Origin: an uncultured Alphaproteobacteria bacterium
Lineage (GTDB): Bacteria; Pseudomonadota; Alphaproteobacteria; RF32; CAG-239
Direction of reading: 5' to 3'
DNA length: 64,000 nt
Assembly: GCA_934276635.1 (NCBI GenBank)
Contig: CAKQTH010000001.1
Span: 72,098 to 136,097, forward strand
In this document: positions 18,796 through 28,772 of the stretch, piece after piece
How positions within the stretch are numbered: the stretch's first letter is position 1
How the letters are laid out: each line of letters opens with the position of its first letter
Translations under genes and position numbers: made by a program
Notes under the pieces: generated by a model
Seen by the model: the letters and a program-made list of their open reading frames with translations, nothing else
Told to the model about the DNA's origin: nothing
The model's database searches: none

Positions 18796-20946
18796 ATGAA
18801 CGAGGCTTTGAATCTGTTGGCGCAGAAACTTGGAATTGCTACAAAATTCTGCGATGCAGGTACTTTGAAAAAAGAATATGTAACAGATGAAAAGACCATC
18901 AGATTTTTTGCTGAAAAGCTCGGATATCCGGCAAATACGGACAAGCAAATTGAAACAAGCCTGAAAAAATTTGAAGATTTGCTTTTGCAAAAACCGCTTG
19001 AGGATATGTATGTTCGCGAAGAAGGCAATATTTTTGTTGACTTGTCGGTTTTGGCTGAAGATGCAGATTTGCCGTTTGATGTGTTCTTAAAGCCTCAAAA
19101 CAGTGAAAAAGAATTTGCGGCGGAATATGAAGTTGAGAATAAGATATTTGCGGCGGATTCTTCTGGTATAAGATATTGCAAAATCGTGATAAAAATTGTT
19201 TCGCCGCTCGAAATCGGATACTATGATTTGAAAATCGCAATTGGCGGAAAAATCTATGAAAGTATGCTTGCGGTGGCGCCTTTTCGGTGTTATGAAAATC
19301 CGGAAATTTCGGATAAAAAACCATGGGGTTTTGCCCTTCAGCTCTATTCTTTGCAGACTAAAAGGAGTTGGGGAGTCGGAGATTTTTCCGATTTGGCCGA
19401 TTTTTCGCGTATGTGCGCATATTTCGGCGCGGATATTATCGGGCTCAATCCGCTTAATGCTCTGATGCACGATTTTCCGGAAAATGCAAGCCCGTATTCT
19501 TCCATCTCACGCTTGTTTTTGAACCCGATATATATTGATGTTGAGGCCGTGCCGCTGTTTTTGCCTGAAGATATGCACGATATTGAAGCTCAAATTGAAG
19601 AGGTTAAAAATTCCGAACTGATAGAATATGAAAAAGTATATCCGCTGAAAATGCGCGTTCTTGAAAAAATCTTTTTGCGTATGGTGCAAAATAAGCGGAC
19701 CAGTTATTATAAAGAATATAAAAAGTTTTGCGAGCAAAAAGGCCGCGAGCTTGAAGATTTTGCACTTTTTGAAACAATTTATCATGAGCAGAAAGATTTA
19801 GTTTGGGGCGGGAGCAACGCCTGGCCGCAGGAGCTGAAAAATCCGAAATCGGATACGGTGCGCGAATATTTGAAAAAGAAAAAAAATCAGGTGGAATTTT
19901 TCAAATTTTTGCAGTTTGAGGCTCAGAGACAATTTGAAAATGCGCAAACAATCGCAAAATACAGCGGGCTTAAAATCGGATTTTATCGCGATTTGCCGGT
20001 CGGGGTTTGCAAAGACAGTGCGGAACTTTGGCAGAATAAAGAGGTATTTCTTGATGAAGCCGGGGCGGGCGCTCCTCCTGATGCGTTTTTTTCAACCGGA
20101 CAGAAATGGTGTTTGGGTGCCTTCAATCCGTTTGAGCTGAAAAAGCAAAAATATGAGCCGTTTATAAAAATTTTGCGGGCGAATATGATGTGTTCCGGCG
20201 CGTTGAGGGTTGACCATGTGATGAGCCTGATGCGGCTGTATATTATTCCGGACAAGTCGGAAATCGGCACATACATAATGTATAATTTTGATGATATGCT
20301 CAACATTTTGGCGCTGGAGAGCGTTTTGAACAAGTGTATGATTGTCGGTGAAAGCATCGGCAATGTTCCGGACGGTTTTTTGGATAAGATTCACCGAAAA
20401 GGGATATATTCTTTGAGCGTTTTGTGGGCGGAAAGATGGGCAGGCTGCGACTGGTTCAAAAATCCGCAGGATTATCCGGCAGACACTTTTTCCTCAGTCG
20501 GGACGCACGATATGACGCCGCTCAGAATGTGGTGGTTTGGCGGAGATATCGAGCTTAAATATCAGCTCAAAATTATCAAAACATCCGGCGAAAAAGCCGC
20601 GGCATATAAGCAGAGGGAGGCTGACAGAAAGATGCTGCTTGATGCGCTTGATTATAATCAGGTCTGGCCGAAAGACAACCTCAGAACCTCTGATTGTTTG
20701 TATGGAGAAGGCTATCCGAACGGGCTGACCGAGGCGGTGGAAGCTTTTGTTGCAAAAAGTTCGTCAAAGGTGTTTTTGGCACAGCCGGAAGATATTTTTG
20801 AGGCCGAAAAACTGCAAAATCTTCCAGGAATGGATAGAGATAAGCACCCGAACTGGCGCCGAAAACTTCCGGTAAAAATGTGTGATTGGCTCAGCGATGA
20901 CAGGTTTATTCGCTGTATCAAGGCAATAAAAACTTATCGCGGATAA
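18796..20946 (+). CDS. malQ: 4-alpha-glucanotransferase (amylomaltase MalQ, GH77) with about 190-aa N-terminal extension
   Basis: 716 aa; GH77 core begins KKPWGFALQLYSLQTKRSWGVGDFSDL; ...GTHD... motif; RBS AGGAG. Confidence 0.85.
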   Translation: MNEALNLLAQKLGIATKFCDAGTLKKEYVTDEKTIRFFAEKLGYPANTDKQIETSLKKFEDLLLQKPLEDMYVREEGNIFVDLSVLAEDADLPFDVFLKPQNSEKEFAAEYEVENKIFAADSSGIRYCKIVIKIVSPLEIGYYDLKIAIGGKIYESMLAVAPFRCYENPEISDKKPWGFALQLYSLQTKRSWGVGDFSDLADFSRMCAYFGADIIGLNPLNALMHDFPENASPYSSISRLFLNPIYIDVEAVPLFLPEDMHDIEAQIEEVKNSELIEYEKVYPLKMRVLEKIFLRMVQNKRTSYYKEYKKFCEQKGRELEDFALFETIYHEQKDLVWGGSNAWPQELKNPKSDTVREYLKKKKNQVEFFKFLQFEAQRQFENAQTIAKYSGLKIGFYRDLPVGVCKDSAELWQNKEVFLDEAGAGAPPDAFFSTGQKWCLGAFNPFELKKQKYEPFIKILRANMMCSGALRVDHVMSLMRLYIIPDKSEIGTYIMYNFDDMLNILALESVLNKCMIVGESIGNVPDGFLDKIHRKGIYSLSVLWAERWAGCDWFKNPQDYPADTFSSVGTHDMTPLRMWWFGGDIELKYQLKIIKTSGEKAAAYKQREADRKMLLDALDYNQVWPKDNLRTSDCLYGEGYPNGLTEAVEAFVAKSSSKVFLAQPEDIFEAEKLQNLPGMDRDKHPNWRRKLPVKMCDWLSDDRFIRCIKAIKTYRG

Positions 20947-21020
20947 TATTTTTTGTTGTGTCTGCGCAAAAAGTATGTTACCATAAATCATATTAAGATT
21001 ATTATTGGAAGGAGGGTACT

Positions 21021-21425
21021 ATGAACGCAAAAAGTACGACAGGGCGCGATTTTATGGCAGGTCTTGCAGCCGCCGGCGCCGATAAAGAAAAAATTATGAC
21101 TTTGCTGAACGATACTCTTGAACAAAATAATCCGGCAAAAACTCCGGTAAACAAAGACAAACTGATGTCGAATGTTTCCGACAACAAACTTGTGGCGAAT
21201 ATCAAGGCGCGCAAGGCCGAAATCAGCGCAGTTACCGGAAAATATATGTTTGCGGAAGATTATGTATATCTGGCGATGGACGCATACGAAAAAAACGGCC
21301 TCGGTGATGCAAAAGATTTCCGCAGAGATTTTATAAATAAACCGAAAGAAACAGCTGTTCGAACTTCCGAATTTTCAAAAATTGCGGCAATGCGCCAAAG
21401 AATCGGTGCGGGGCAAGCATTGTAG
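21021..21425 (+). CDS. hypothetical protein
   Basis: 134-aa ORF with RBS GGAAGGAGGG 6 nt upstream; no recognisable motif. Confidence 0.4.
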   Translation: MNAKSTTGRDFMAGLAAAGADKEKIMTLLNDTLEQNNPAKTPVNKDKLMSNVSDNKLVANIKARKAEISAVTGKYMFAEDYVYLAMDAYEKNGLGDAKDFRRDFINKPKETAVRTSEFSKIAAMRQRIGAGQAL

Positions 21426-21458
21426 TTGAAAAAATATAATAAAGAGATTGAAAAAAAA

Positions 21459-21495
21459 ATATAACCTGATAATATTTATCAGGTTATATTTTTTG
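21459..21495 (+). terminator. rho-independent terminator (perfect 13-bp stem)
   Basis: ATATAACCTGATAA tatt TATCAGGTTATAT followed by TTTTTT. Confidence 0.7.
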
Positions 21496-21505
21496 GAGAT
21501 TAAAA

Positions 21506-22030
21506 ATGTTTTTAGCAGCTTTGTTCGCAGCTTTGCTGATATCTTTTAAGGCTTTCGCAAATCCGGCATGTGCGGTATGCACGATAGCGGTCGGAGCATC
21601 GCTTGAGATTGCGCGCAGTTTGGGCGTTGACGACAGCGTTGTCGGGGTTTGGGCCGGTGCGTTCTTCATTTTGCTCGGTTTTTGGACCATCAAATATTTT
21701 GAGAAAAAGAATTGGAACTTTAAGTGGCGCAACCAGATTTTGCTTGCTGTCTGCTTTTCGTTTATCGGGTTTATGTATATCAGCAAATTGTCGTATCATG
21801 CTGAAGTTATAGGGATTTTTTATCTTGATCCGTTTTTGTTCAGCTCGATTATCGGGGCGATTGTGCTGATTGTTTCGTCAGAATTTTATCAGTGGATGAA
21901 ACAAAAAAACGGCGGGCACGCGCATTTCCCGTTTGAAAAAGTATTTGTTCCGGTATTTTCACTGTTTTTGGCAAGCCTTTATTTTTACTATTATCCGCTT
22001 TGCCAGAACCACCTTCCGAGTTTGTATTAG
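21506..22030 (+). CDS. hypothetical integral membrane protein
   Basis: 174 aa; 4-5 predicted TM helices; CAVC motif near N-terminus. Confidence 0.45.
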   Translation: MFLAALFAALLISFKAFANPACAVCTIAVGASLEIARSLGVDDSVVGVWAGAFFILLGFWTIKYFEKKNWNFKWRNQILLAVCFSFIGFMYISKLSYHAEVIGIFYLDPFLFSSIIGAIVLIVSSEFYQWMKQKNGGHAHFPFEKVFVPVFSLFLASLYFYYYPLCQNHLPSLY

Positions 22031-22040
22031 GAGATAAGAA

Positions 22041-22640
22041 ATGATGAATAAAGCAAAAAATATAAAAGAATTTGTAGAAAGAATCGATGCGGGAAAGAAG
22101 GTAAATCCGAAAGATTTGTCATCGGATCAGGATTTGACCATTGCGATTATGAACCTGATTTCGATAGAGGAACATCTGGTATTTTCCGGAGCAAAAACCG
22201 GCAAGACGGCGTTTTATGACCTGATAGAAGAGGTGCGCGATACCCGCAAGACGCTGATGCAAAAGATTATTCCGTCGTATGAGGGAGAAGTTTGGTGCAT
22301 TTCGAAACACTTGTTGGCGTCGTCGATGCGCTTGATGGAGGTCGGCACAAAGCAGCAGAGTCTGGGACACAAGGAACAGGCGTACGAGCTGTTCGACAAG
22401 GCGTATGATTTGTATTGTCTGTTTTGGGGGCTGAATATGAATATGCTCAATGTGGCCGATGTAAAATGGGTTGAGGACAGCGACAAAGAGGTAAAGAAGC
22501 TGATAGAAAAAGTTGCCGCCGCGACCGGAACTGAGCCGAAAAAAGAAGAAAAAACTCTCGAGGAGCAAAAAAAGCCACAGGGAGCCCTTTCTAAAATGAA
22601 AGCATTCGTCCGCAAAGCCGTCGATTGCTGTATTGAATAA
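22041..22640 (+). CDS. hypothetical protein
   Basis: 199 aa; RBS AGGAGA; balanced composition, unlike the antisense 193-aa ORF. Confidence 0.45.
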   Translation: MMNKAKNIKEFVERIDAGKKVNPKDLSSDQDLTIAIMNLISIEEHLVFSGAKTGKTAFYDLIEEVRDTRKTLMQKIIPSYEGEVWCISKHLLASSMRLMEVGTKQQSLGHKEQAYELFDKAYDLYCLFWGLNMNMLNVADVKWVEDSDKEVKKLIEKVAAATGTEPKKEEKTLEEQKKPQGALSKMKAFVRKAVDCCIE

Positions 22641-22654
22641 AAATATCTCAGGAC

Positions 22655-22692
22655 AAACAAAAACAGTGCGTATAATCCGCACTGTTTTTTTG
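22655..22692. terminator. bidirectional rho-independent terminator between the hypothetical gene (+) and der (-)
   Basis: ACAGTGCG tataatc CGCACTGT then T7; A-rich tract on the other side. Confidence 0.65.
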
Positions 22693-22708
22693 TTGCACAA
22701 TTTGGTTT

Positions 22709-24103
22709 TTATCGCTTTTTGGCCTTTCCGGCATACGGATTGTCCGTCTTTCGGAAAGTGATTCTGAGCGGAATTCCGCCCAAATCAAAAGTTTCTCTCA
22801 AGCTATTAGTAAGATATCTTGCATATGAATCCGGCAAGCCTTCCGGATTGCTCGAAAAAATATAGAATGCAGGCGGACGGCTCTTTGCCTGAGTAATATA
22901 GCGAAGTTTAATCCTGCGCCCGTTTTTGCCGACCGGAGGCGGGTTGTTGCTCAAAATGTCGGCAAACCAGTTGTTAAGCGGCGCTGTCGGAATTCTTTTG
23001 TTCCAGCGGTCATACACTTTGAAAACTGCGCTCATAAGCTTGTCCAAACCTTCGCGCTTTAAGGCCGAAATAGTTACGGTCGGGACTCCCTGCGCCTGAG
23101 CCAGTGAAGTCTGCAGCCTGTCGTTCAATCTCTGCAATGCTTCTTTGCGGTTGGCTATATCCCATTTGTTGACTGCAATCACAAGCGCGCGCCCTTCATC
23201 AATAACCTCTCGGGCAATGGTCAAATCCTGCTTGTCTAAAACCGCGTCGGCGTCTAAGACTAAAACAACAACCTGTGCCATAAATGCCGCGTGCTTGGTG
23301 CTGGCCGCAGACATTTTTTCAAGGCTGTCTTCAATTTTTGCATGGCGGCGCAGACCGGCAGTATCAACCAGATTAACTTTACGCCCGTGCCAGCTCCACG
23401 GAATGGAAATTGCGTCACGCGTAACGCCGGCTTCCGGTCCGGTTAGTAGTCTTTCATCTTTAATCAGGGCATTTATAAGAGTGGACTTTCCGACATTCGG
23501 ACGGCCGACAATCGCCAGCTGAATCGGCTTTTTCTTATAAGAAAGCTCGTTTTTCGCGTCGTCTTCTTTTTCTTCTTCGGCATAATTTTCCGCTTCAATT
23601 TTTTTATCTTTATTTTCAAACGGAAGTAGTGCATCGTACAAATCCAAAATTCCGAGACCGTGTTCCGCAGAAAACGGAATCGGCGCTCCGAGTCCGAGCT
23701 TGTATGCCTCAAAAATAGAATCTTCCTGAGCTTTTCCTTCGCATTTGTTGGCAAGCAAAATCACCGGTTTGTGGCTTTGGCGCACAAGGTCGGCAAAATG
23801 CTCGTCATACGGCTGCACTCCGGCTCTGGCATCAAACAAAAACAAGCAGACATCGGCATCATCAATAGCCTTTTTGGTCTGATTCCACATTCTTTGTTCA
23901 AGACTGTCTTTGGTCGAATATTCGTATCCGGCGGTGTCAATCAGCAAAAGGTCGATGTCTTTAAGCTTTGCCGCGGCTTCTTTGCGGTCGCGTGTGACAC
24001 CTGGTTTGTCATGAACAATGGCGACTTTGCGCCCGACCAGACGATTAAAAAGGGTGGATTTCCCGACATTCGGACGCCCGATAACGGCGATTTTAATACT
24101 CAT
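22709..24103 (-). CDS. der: ribosome-biogenesis GTPase Der (EngA), tandem GTPase domains
   Basis: two G-domains each with GRPNVGKST P-loop and DTAG; KH-like C-terminus; conserved yfgM-bamB-der order. Confidence 0.9.
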   Translation of the reverse strand: MSIKIAVIGRPNVGKSTLFNRLVGRKVAIVHDKPGVTRDRKEAAAKLKDIDLLLIDTAGYEYSTKDSLEQRMWNQTKKAIDDADVCLFLFDARAGVQPYDEHFADLVRQSHKPVILLANKCEGKAQEDSIFEAYKLGLGAPIPFSAEHGLGILDLYDALLPFENKDKKIEAENYAEEEKEDDAKNELSYKKKPIQLAIVGRPNVGKSTLINALIKDERLLTGPEAGVTRDAISIPWSWHGRKVNLVDTAGLRRHAKIEDSLEKMSAASTKHAAFMAQVVVLVLDADAVLDKQDLTIAREVIDEGRALVIAVNKWDIANRKEALQRLNDRLQTSLAQAQGVPTVTISALKREGLDKLMSAVFKVYDRWNKRIPTAPLNNWFADILSNNPPPVGKNGRRIKLRYITQAKSRPPAFYIFSSNPEGLPDSYARYLTNSLRETFDLGGIPLRITFRKTDNPYAGKAKKR

Positions 24104-24111
24104 ATTTTCCT

Positions 24112-25428
24112 CTATTCATAAACAATAACTTCGGAGCCTACGGTTATAAACACAAGCTTTTTATTAACCGCAATCGGCGCCGCATAAATCTCCGTTTCAA
24201 GAGAAGATTCTTTGACGATTCCTCCGCTCAGTGCGTCTATCTGCAATATTTTTCCGTTTGAAAATGCAACCAAAATCTTGTCATTCAGCAACAATGGATT
24301 TAGCGCCGACAAAGATTCGTTTTTATCCAGATTTTCAAATTTTACTGCTGTCTGCCATACGATTTTTCCGGATTCTTTGTTAACGGCGTACACAATGTTG
24401 TCTTGCGAAACCGCAAATATATACTCTCCGCTGACAATCGGCTGTGTGATGCCCGAAAGCGCAAGTTCCCAGATTTTTTCACCGGAGCGGGTATCGATTG
24501 CGGCAAAAACCTTGTTGTTCCCTATCGCAAAAATCAGGTCGTCGTCAATCACCGGATTTGCTTTGATTGCATTAATCGGAGAAGCTGATGCGGCGTATTT
24601 GTTTGAAACCAAAATGCTTGTCCAAAGCGGAGAACCAGTAGATGCCTTAAAGGCCTGCAACTCGCCGCTTGAAAACGCCGCAACCAGAATATCCTGCCGA
24701 TTTTCAAAAGCCGGACTTGCGCCGCCGAGCAGGGTTGTATCTTCCTGCATTACTTCATAATCCCAAAGTTTTTCGCCGTTTTCGATGTTGATGGCAAACA
24801 GACGGTTGTTGATGGTTTGCACAAAAACTTTTCCGTTTGCTACCATAGGAGCGACTCTTATCGGAGTTTTTGCATCAAAATGCCAGACTTGCCGGCCGTC
24901 TTTTGCGTTCAAAGCAAAAACTTCGCCAAAACCGGCGGCTGCGATTATCTTATCGCCGAATGCGGCCAATCCTGACGCTTTGAGCGATGTTTTGCGACGG
25001 CTTTTGTCTGCGGACAGAAGTTTTTTATGCCAGATTTCTTCTCCGTTACCGAGTTTTATGGCAAAAATATTTGCATCTGCGTCCAATGTATAAATCGTGT
25101 CATCGACAACAATCGGCTCGCTGATAAGAAAATCGCGTTTGTCGGCGCTTTTGCCGAAATTTTTTCTCCATGCCTGTTCAAGCGGAAAATTAAACGCAAT
25201 GTTTCCGTTCAGGTGCTCGCTGTTGCCGCCGTTTTGCGACCAGATATAGTTTGTTTTTGCTGCCGGAATTTTCACTGTCTGTTTTGCCGATACATTTTCG
25301 GCTTGAGACAAGTTGTTATCCGGCAAAACGGAAAGGCGGACACCTTGCGGAATTTCTTTGTCGCTGCAGGCCGTTGCTCCGAAAAACGCAAGCAAAAGTG
25401 CATAATATTTCAGCTTGTTAACTGGCAT
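24112..25428 (-). CDS. bamB: outer-membrane assembly lipoprotein BamB (PQQ-like beta-propeller)
   Basis: lipoprotein signal LLAFFGATACS; repeated PQQ-like blades (...DGK.VW...); position between yfgM and der. Confidence 0.8.
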   Translation of the reverse strand: MPVNKLKYYALLLAFFGATACSDKEIPQGVRLSVLPDNNLSQAENVSAKQTVKIPAAKTNYIWSQNGGNSEHLNGNIAFNFPLEQAWRKNFGKSADKRDFLISEPIVVDDTIYTLDADANIFAIKLGNGEEIWHKKLLSADKSRRKTSLKASGLAAFGDKIIAAAGFGEVFALNAKDGRQVWHFDAKTPIRVAPMVANGKVFVQTINNRLFAINIENGEKLWDYEVMQEDTTLLGGASPAFENRQDILVAAFSSGELQAFKASTGSPLWTSILVSNKYAASASPINAIKANPVIDDDLIFAIGNNKVFAAIDTRSGEKIWELALSGITQPIVSGEYIFAVSQDNIVYAVNKESGKIVWQTAVKFENLDKNESLSALNPLLLNDKILVAFSNGKILQIDALSGGIVKESSLETEIYAAPIAVNKKLVFITVGSEVIVYE

Positions 25429-25449
25429 TGTTTTCTCCGATAAAATTTA

Positions 25450-26217
25450 TTATTGTTCGTTCAAAACCGAAAGAATATCCTGAACGCGAGCTCTCAATTC
25501 ATCAGACAAATCAGGCATTGCAAAAATCTCGTTATAAAGAGTTTTGGCTTGTTCAAAATTACCATCTCTGATTGCGGCCATAGCCATAAATTCTTTCGCA
25601 TACGGAGTCCATTGTGCATCATTTGAAATCGGAGCCAAAACTGCAGAGATTTCATCGGATTTCATATTGTCAAATTTGAGCGATACGAGTTTGAGTCTTG
25701 AAGCGGCACGAAGGCTCGGGTTTATCTTTTCATTGTTGACGATTGTTTCAAGCTCGCTCAACGCTTTGTCGGTTTCACCCTGTTCAAGCAATATATTCAC
25801 TGCCTGTAATTTTGCAATATCGCGATAAATTCCGTTACCGTCTTCCGAGATTTTTTGCAACATCTTCAGGCTACCGTCAAGTTTTCCGCGAGCCTGCATA
25901 TCAAGAGCCGAAATATATGTGTTGGACATTGCCTCGTCGCGTTTGACTTTCCAGGCCTTGATGCTTTCAAAGCTGACAGCCAAAGTTAAGGCAGCAACAA
26001 CAAAAACAATCACATAGAGACCATATTTGTCCCAAAAAGCTTTCAGATTATCGTTTTTGACATCTTCATCAACTTCTTTAATAAAAGCATCTGTAAATTC
26101 TTCATTTACGGCATTAATTTTTCTTTTCAACGCAGCCGCTGCCGAAACTTTTTCATCTGACGGTTTGAGTGCAGTTTTGTTTTTTGCCGAAGTTTTCTTT
26201 TTTGTTTCTCTGGTCAT
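25450..26217 (-). CDS. YfgM-like tetratricopeptide membrane-anchored protein
   Basis: Lys-rich N-terminus, single TM (YGLYVIVFVVAALTLAV), TPR-like C-terminus; upstream of bamB. Confidence 0.6.
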   Translation of the reverse strand: MTRETKKKTSAKNKTALKPSDEKVSAAAALKRKINAVNEEFTDAFIKEVDEDVKNDNLKAFWDKYGLYVIVFVVAALTLAVSFESIKAWKVKRDEAMSNTYISALDMQARGKLDGSLKMLQKISEDGNGIYRDIAKLQAVNILLEQGETDKALSELETIVNNEKINPSLRAASRLKLVSLKFDNMKSDEISAVLAPISNDAQWTPYAKEFMAMAAIRDGNFEQAKTLYNEIFAMPDLSDELRARVQDILSVLNEQ

Positions 26218-26298
26218 AATTTTTCTCTTTCATAAAAAGTTACAAAAACAAACATTGCATTTACTATAAACAAATTTTGCCATATAGCAAACAAATTT

Positions 26299-27492
26299 TT
26301 ACTTAATCAACTCACTGATAATATAGTGTTGCAGCCAGCGCAAATCACGCAAAGGGAGCTTTTTTCCGAACACAAGCGTTTTGTCGTCTGAAATGAGCGA
26401 TATAAACGAGCGTCCGGAAGCCGGATTGGAAGAAACTTCCACCGCCTCGATTTTATCTCTTTGAAGCTCGTCGTTTTTTGCGCTGAACATAATAAATTTG
26501 TGCAACAGCACAATCTTATCTTTTTTGATTACCAATTTGTCTTTTCTGAACAAAGCCATTATCGAATAAAAAATCACGAAAGCGGCCGAAATATATGCGG
26601 CAATCATAATCTCCGCCGAGGTTACGGCTGAAAAATATTCGTTGTTTTTTCCGGCATATACGGTCAGATATGCAAACACAAACAGGCATATCCAACCGAT
26701 TATGCTGTATGCGTCGATTCCGGCGCGATTGATTTTGATGATGGTTTTGTCTCCGCTGTGTTTGAGCGAAATGCTGTGCGGAGCCGGTTCTTTTTGAATA
26801 AAGTCTTTTTGCCAGCCGAATTTTTGCGCCTGTTCCTTAATCGATAAATCGAGGTCGTGATAATCTTTCAAAATCATATCGTTTTCGGTGACGATAATTG
26901 CCGGAAGGCGGAAAGATTTTGCGTACGATTCCCAAATTTTGCGAATATTGTTTTTTGAAGTGCTGATATAAAGCGGAACAGTTTTTTCAATATCTTTATG
27001 CACAAGTTCAATGATATAGCGGGTTTTGTTGATAAGCCCGAGCTGCAAAAATTCGGTACGCAGGCGGACTCCCTTATACAAATACAGCGGTTCGGTAATC
27101 AAAATTTTTGCACCGAGCAACGGGCGGATTGTGATGCGGACAAAATCTCCGTCAAAATGAATTTTTTTGTAACGAATGAACGCGGCAACCATTTTTACGG
27201 CAATGCTGACGCCCAAAATTATGATAACAATATCAAACAAGGTCGGAGAAATCAGCGTTAAATAGTGATTGTTGCCGATAAATTTTTCAAGTTCGGTTTC
27301 GGACGGCCTCAGTCCGTTTATAAATTCATAAATCCCGAACGCGGCCAAAAGCACCGCGAACACAAAAAACACCAACGCTTTCAGGCGGCTGTATCGGTCA
27401 ACCGCGTGGGTCGGCAGTGTTCTGACATCAAGTTTAAAACGATTGCTCATGGGTTTTGTGCAAAAGTCATTCATAATCAAAGCTCCGTACAA
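26299..27492 (-). CDS. hypothetical polytopic membrane protein with two-module architecture (2 TM + soluble domain, repeated)
   Basis: 397 aa; TM pairs near residues 35-110 and 255-305, each followed by a soluble segment. Confidence 0.45.
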   Translation of the reverse strand: MYGALIMNDFCTKPMSNRFKLDVRTLPTHAVDRYSRLKALVFFVFAVLLAAFGIYEFINGLRPSETELEKFIGNNHYLTLISPTLFDIVIIILGVSIAVKMVAAFIRYKKIHFDGDFVRITIRPLLGAKILITEPLYLYKGVRLRTEFLQLGLINKTRYIIELVHKDIEKTVPLYISTSKNNIRKIWESYAKSFRLPAIIVTENDMILKDYHDLDLSIKEQAQKFGWQKDFIQKEPAPHSISLKHSGDKTIIKINRAGIDAYSIIGWICLFVFAYLTVYAGKNNEYFSAVTSAEIMIAAYISAAFVIFYSIMALFRKDKLVIKKDKIVLLHKFIMFSAKNDELQRDKIEAVEVSSNPASGRSFISLISDDKTLVFGKKLPLRDLRWLQHYIISELIK

Positions 27493-27623
27493 ATTTATAT
27501 TATGTCCGCATCATATATCATTATAAAAAAATTTTCATCTGTTTTTTTTGTTATAAAGATACTTTTAATATATTTTAAGAAAAGGAGGATACAATAGAGC
27601 AAATTATAGATTTGGAGGCTTTT

Positions 27624-28757
27624 ATGAATTGTGATTATCAAGAGTTTTGCGGCGGCTGTTCTTTTCGCGGAAAAGATTTTGCACAATATAAATCCGATAA
27701 AGAAAATGCGGTGAAAAATATTTTGAAAAATATCAATCAACCGGATATCAAATTCGGCAAAACTGTGTTTTTTGAAGACGAAAGCCGCAGGCGTACCACA
27801 ATGACTTTCGCCAAAAAAGCGGGGCATATAAAAATCGGATATAATCAAAATAAAAGCCACGAGATTTTTGACTGCTACAAATGTTTGCTGCTCAGCAAAA
27901 AAATCAACGCAAATTTGCTTAATGTGCGCAGAATGATAGATATTTTGTGCCAGATTCCGTTTGTCAAAAAAGAAAAGAAAAAAATTGTGACCTCATATCT
28001 GCAAAACGGAGATGTGCATATTTGCGAAGCTGACAACGGGCTCGATTTGGTTTTGGAGTTTGATAAAGAACTCGGCCTTGAGCACAGAATGCAAATTTTT
28101 GAAATGGGGCAAAAATTTGTTGATATTATCCGAATTTCTCATCGCCGAAAGCCTGATATGCTGCCGGAAGTGATTATGGAAAAAGCCCGTCCGGTTACAA
28201 ATGTAAACGGATATGACATTTTTATTGCGCCCGGAGCTTTTCTTCAGGCCTCAAAACAGGCGCAGACCGCGTTGATAAATCTGGTGCTGAAATATGCGGG
28301 CGACAAAGGCGGAAAATATCTTGATTTGTTCTGCGGAGCCGGAACTTTTTCATATCCGTTGGCTGCGGACATCAACAAAAAAATCATTGCGGCCGACAGT
28401 TCGAAAGAGTTGTTGAAAAGCTTTGAAACTTCGGTTAATGCGCAGATGATTCCGAATATCAAAATTGTCTGCAAAAATCTGTTTAAATATCCGTTTTCGG
28501 GCGATGAGCTGAAAAATTGCGAGGCGGTGGTTTTTGACCCTCCGCGTGCCGGCGCAAAGGAACAAATCAGAGAAATCGCTAAACTTGAAAAATCGGATAT
28601 GCCGCATAAAATTATTGCGGTATCATGCAATACGCACACCTTTGTCAACGATGCGAATATGCTGATTGAGGCGGGTTACAAAATCAAAGAAATCACTATT
28701 GTCGACCAGTTTATTTATTCGCCGCACGCGGAACTTGTCGCGTTGTTTGAAATATAA
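27624..28757 (+). CDS. class I SAM-dependent RNA (uracil-5-)-methyltransferase, RlmD/RumA/TrmA family
   Basis: N-terminal Cys cluster CDYQEFCGGC; SAM motif DLFCGAGTFS; catalytic DPPRAG; C-terminal nucleophile Cys region; RBS GGAGG (table start is TTG 27612). Confidence 0.7.
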   Translation: MNCDYQEFCGGCSFRGKDFAQYKSDKENAVKNILKNINQPDIKFGKTVFFEDESRRRTTMTFAKKAGHIKIGYNQNKSHEIFDCYKCLLLSKKINANLLNVRRMIDILCQIPFVKKEKKKIVTSYLQNGDVHICEADNGLDLVLEFDKELGLEHRMQIFEMGQKFVDIIRISHRRKPDMLPEVIMEKARPVTNVNGYDIFIAPGAFLQASKQAQTALINLVLKYAGDKGGKYLDLFCGAGTFSYPLAADINKKIIAADSSKELLKSFETSVNAQMIPNIKIVCKNLFKYPFSGDELKNCEAVVFDPPRAGAKEQIREIAKLEKSDMPHKIIAVSCNTHTFVNDANMLIEAGYKIKEITIVDQFIYSPHAELVALFEI

Positions 28758-28772
28758 TGAAGGAGAGGAAAT

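Noticed and set aside
22119-22700. 193-aa minus-strand ORF antisense to the 22041-22640 hypothetical gene
   Set aside because: The composition is dominated by Phe/Leu runs and there is no RBS. The plus-strand ORF has a strong RBS and a protein-like composition, so the plus strand was preferred.
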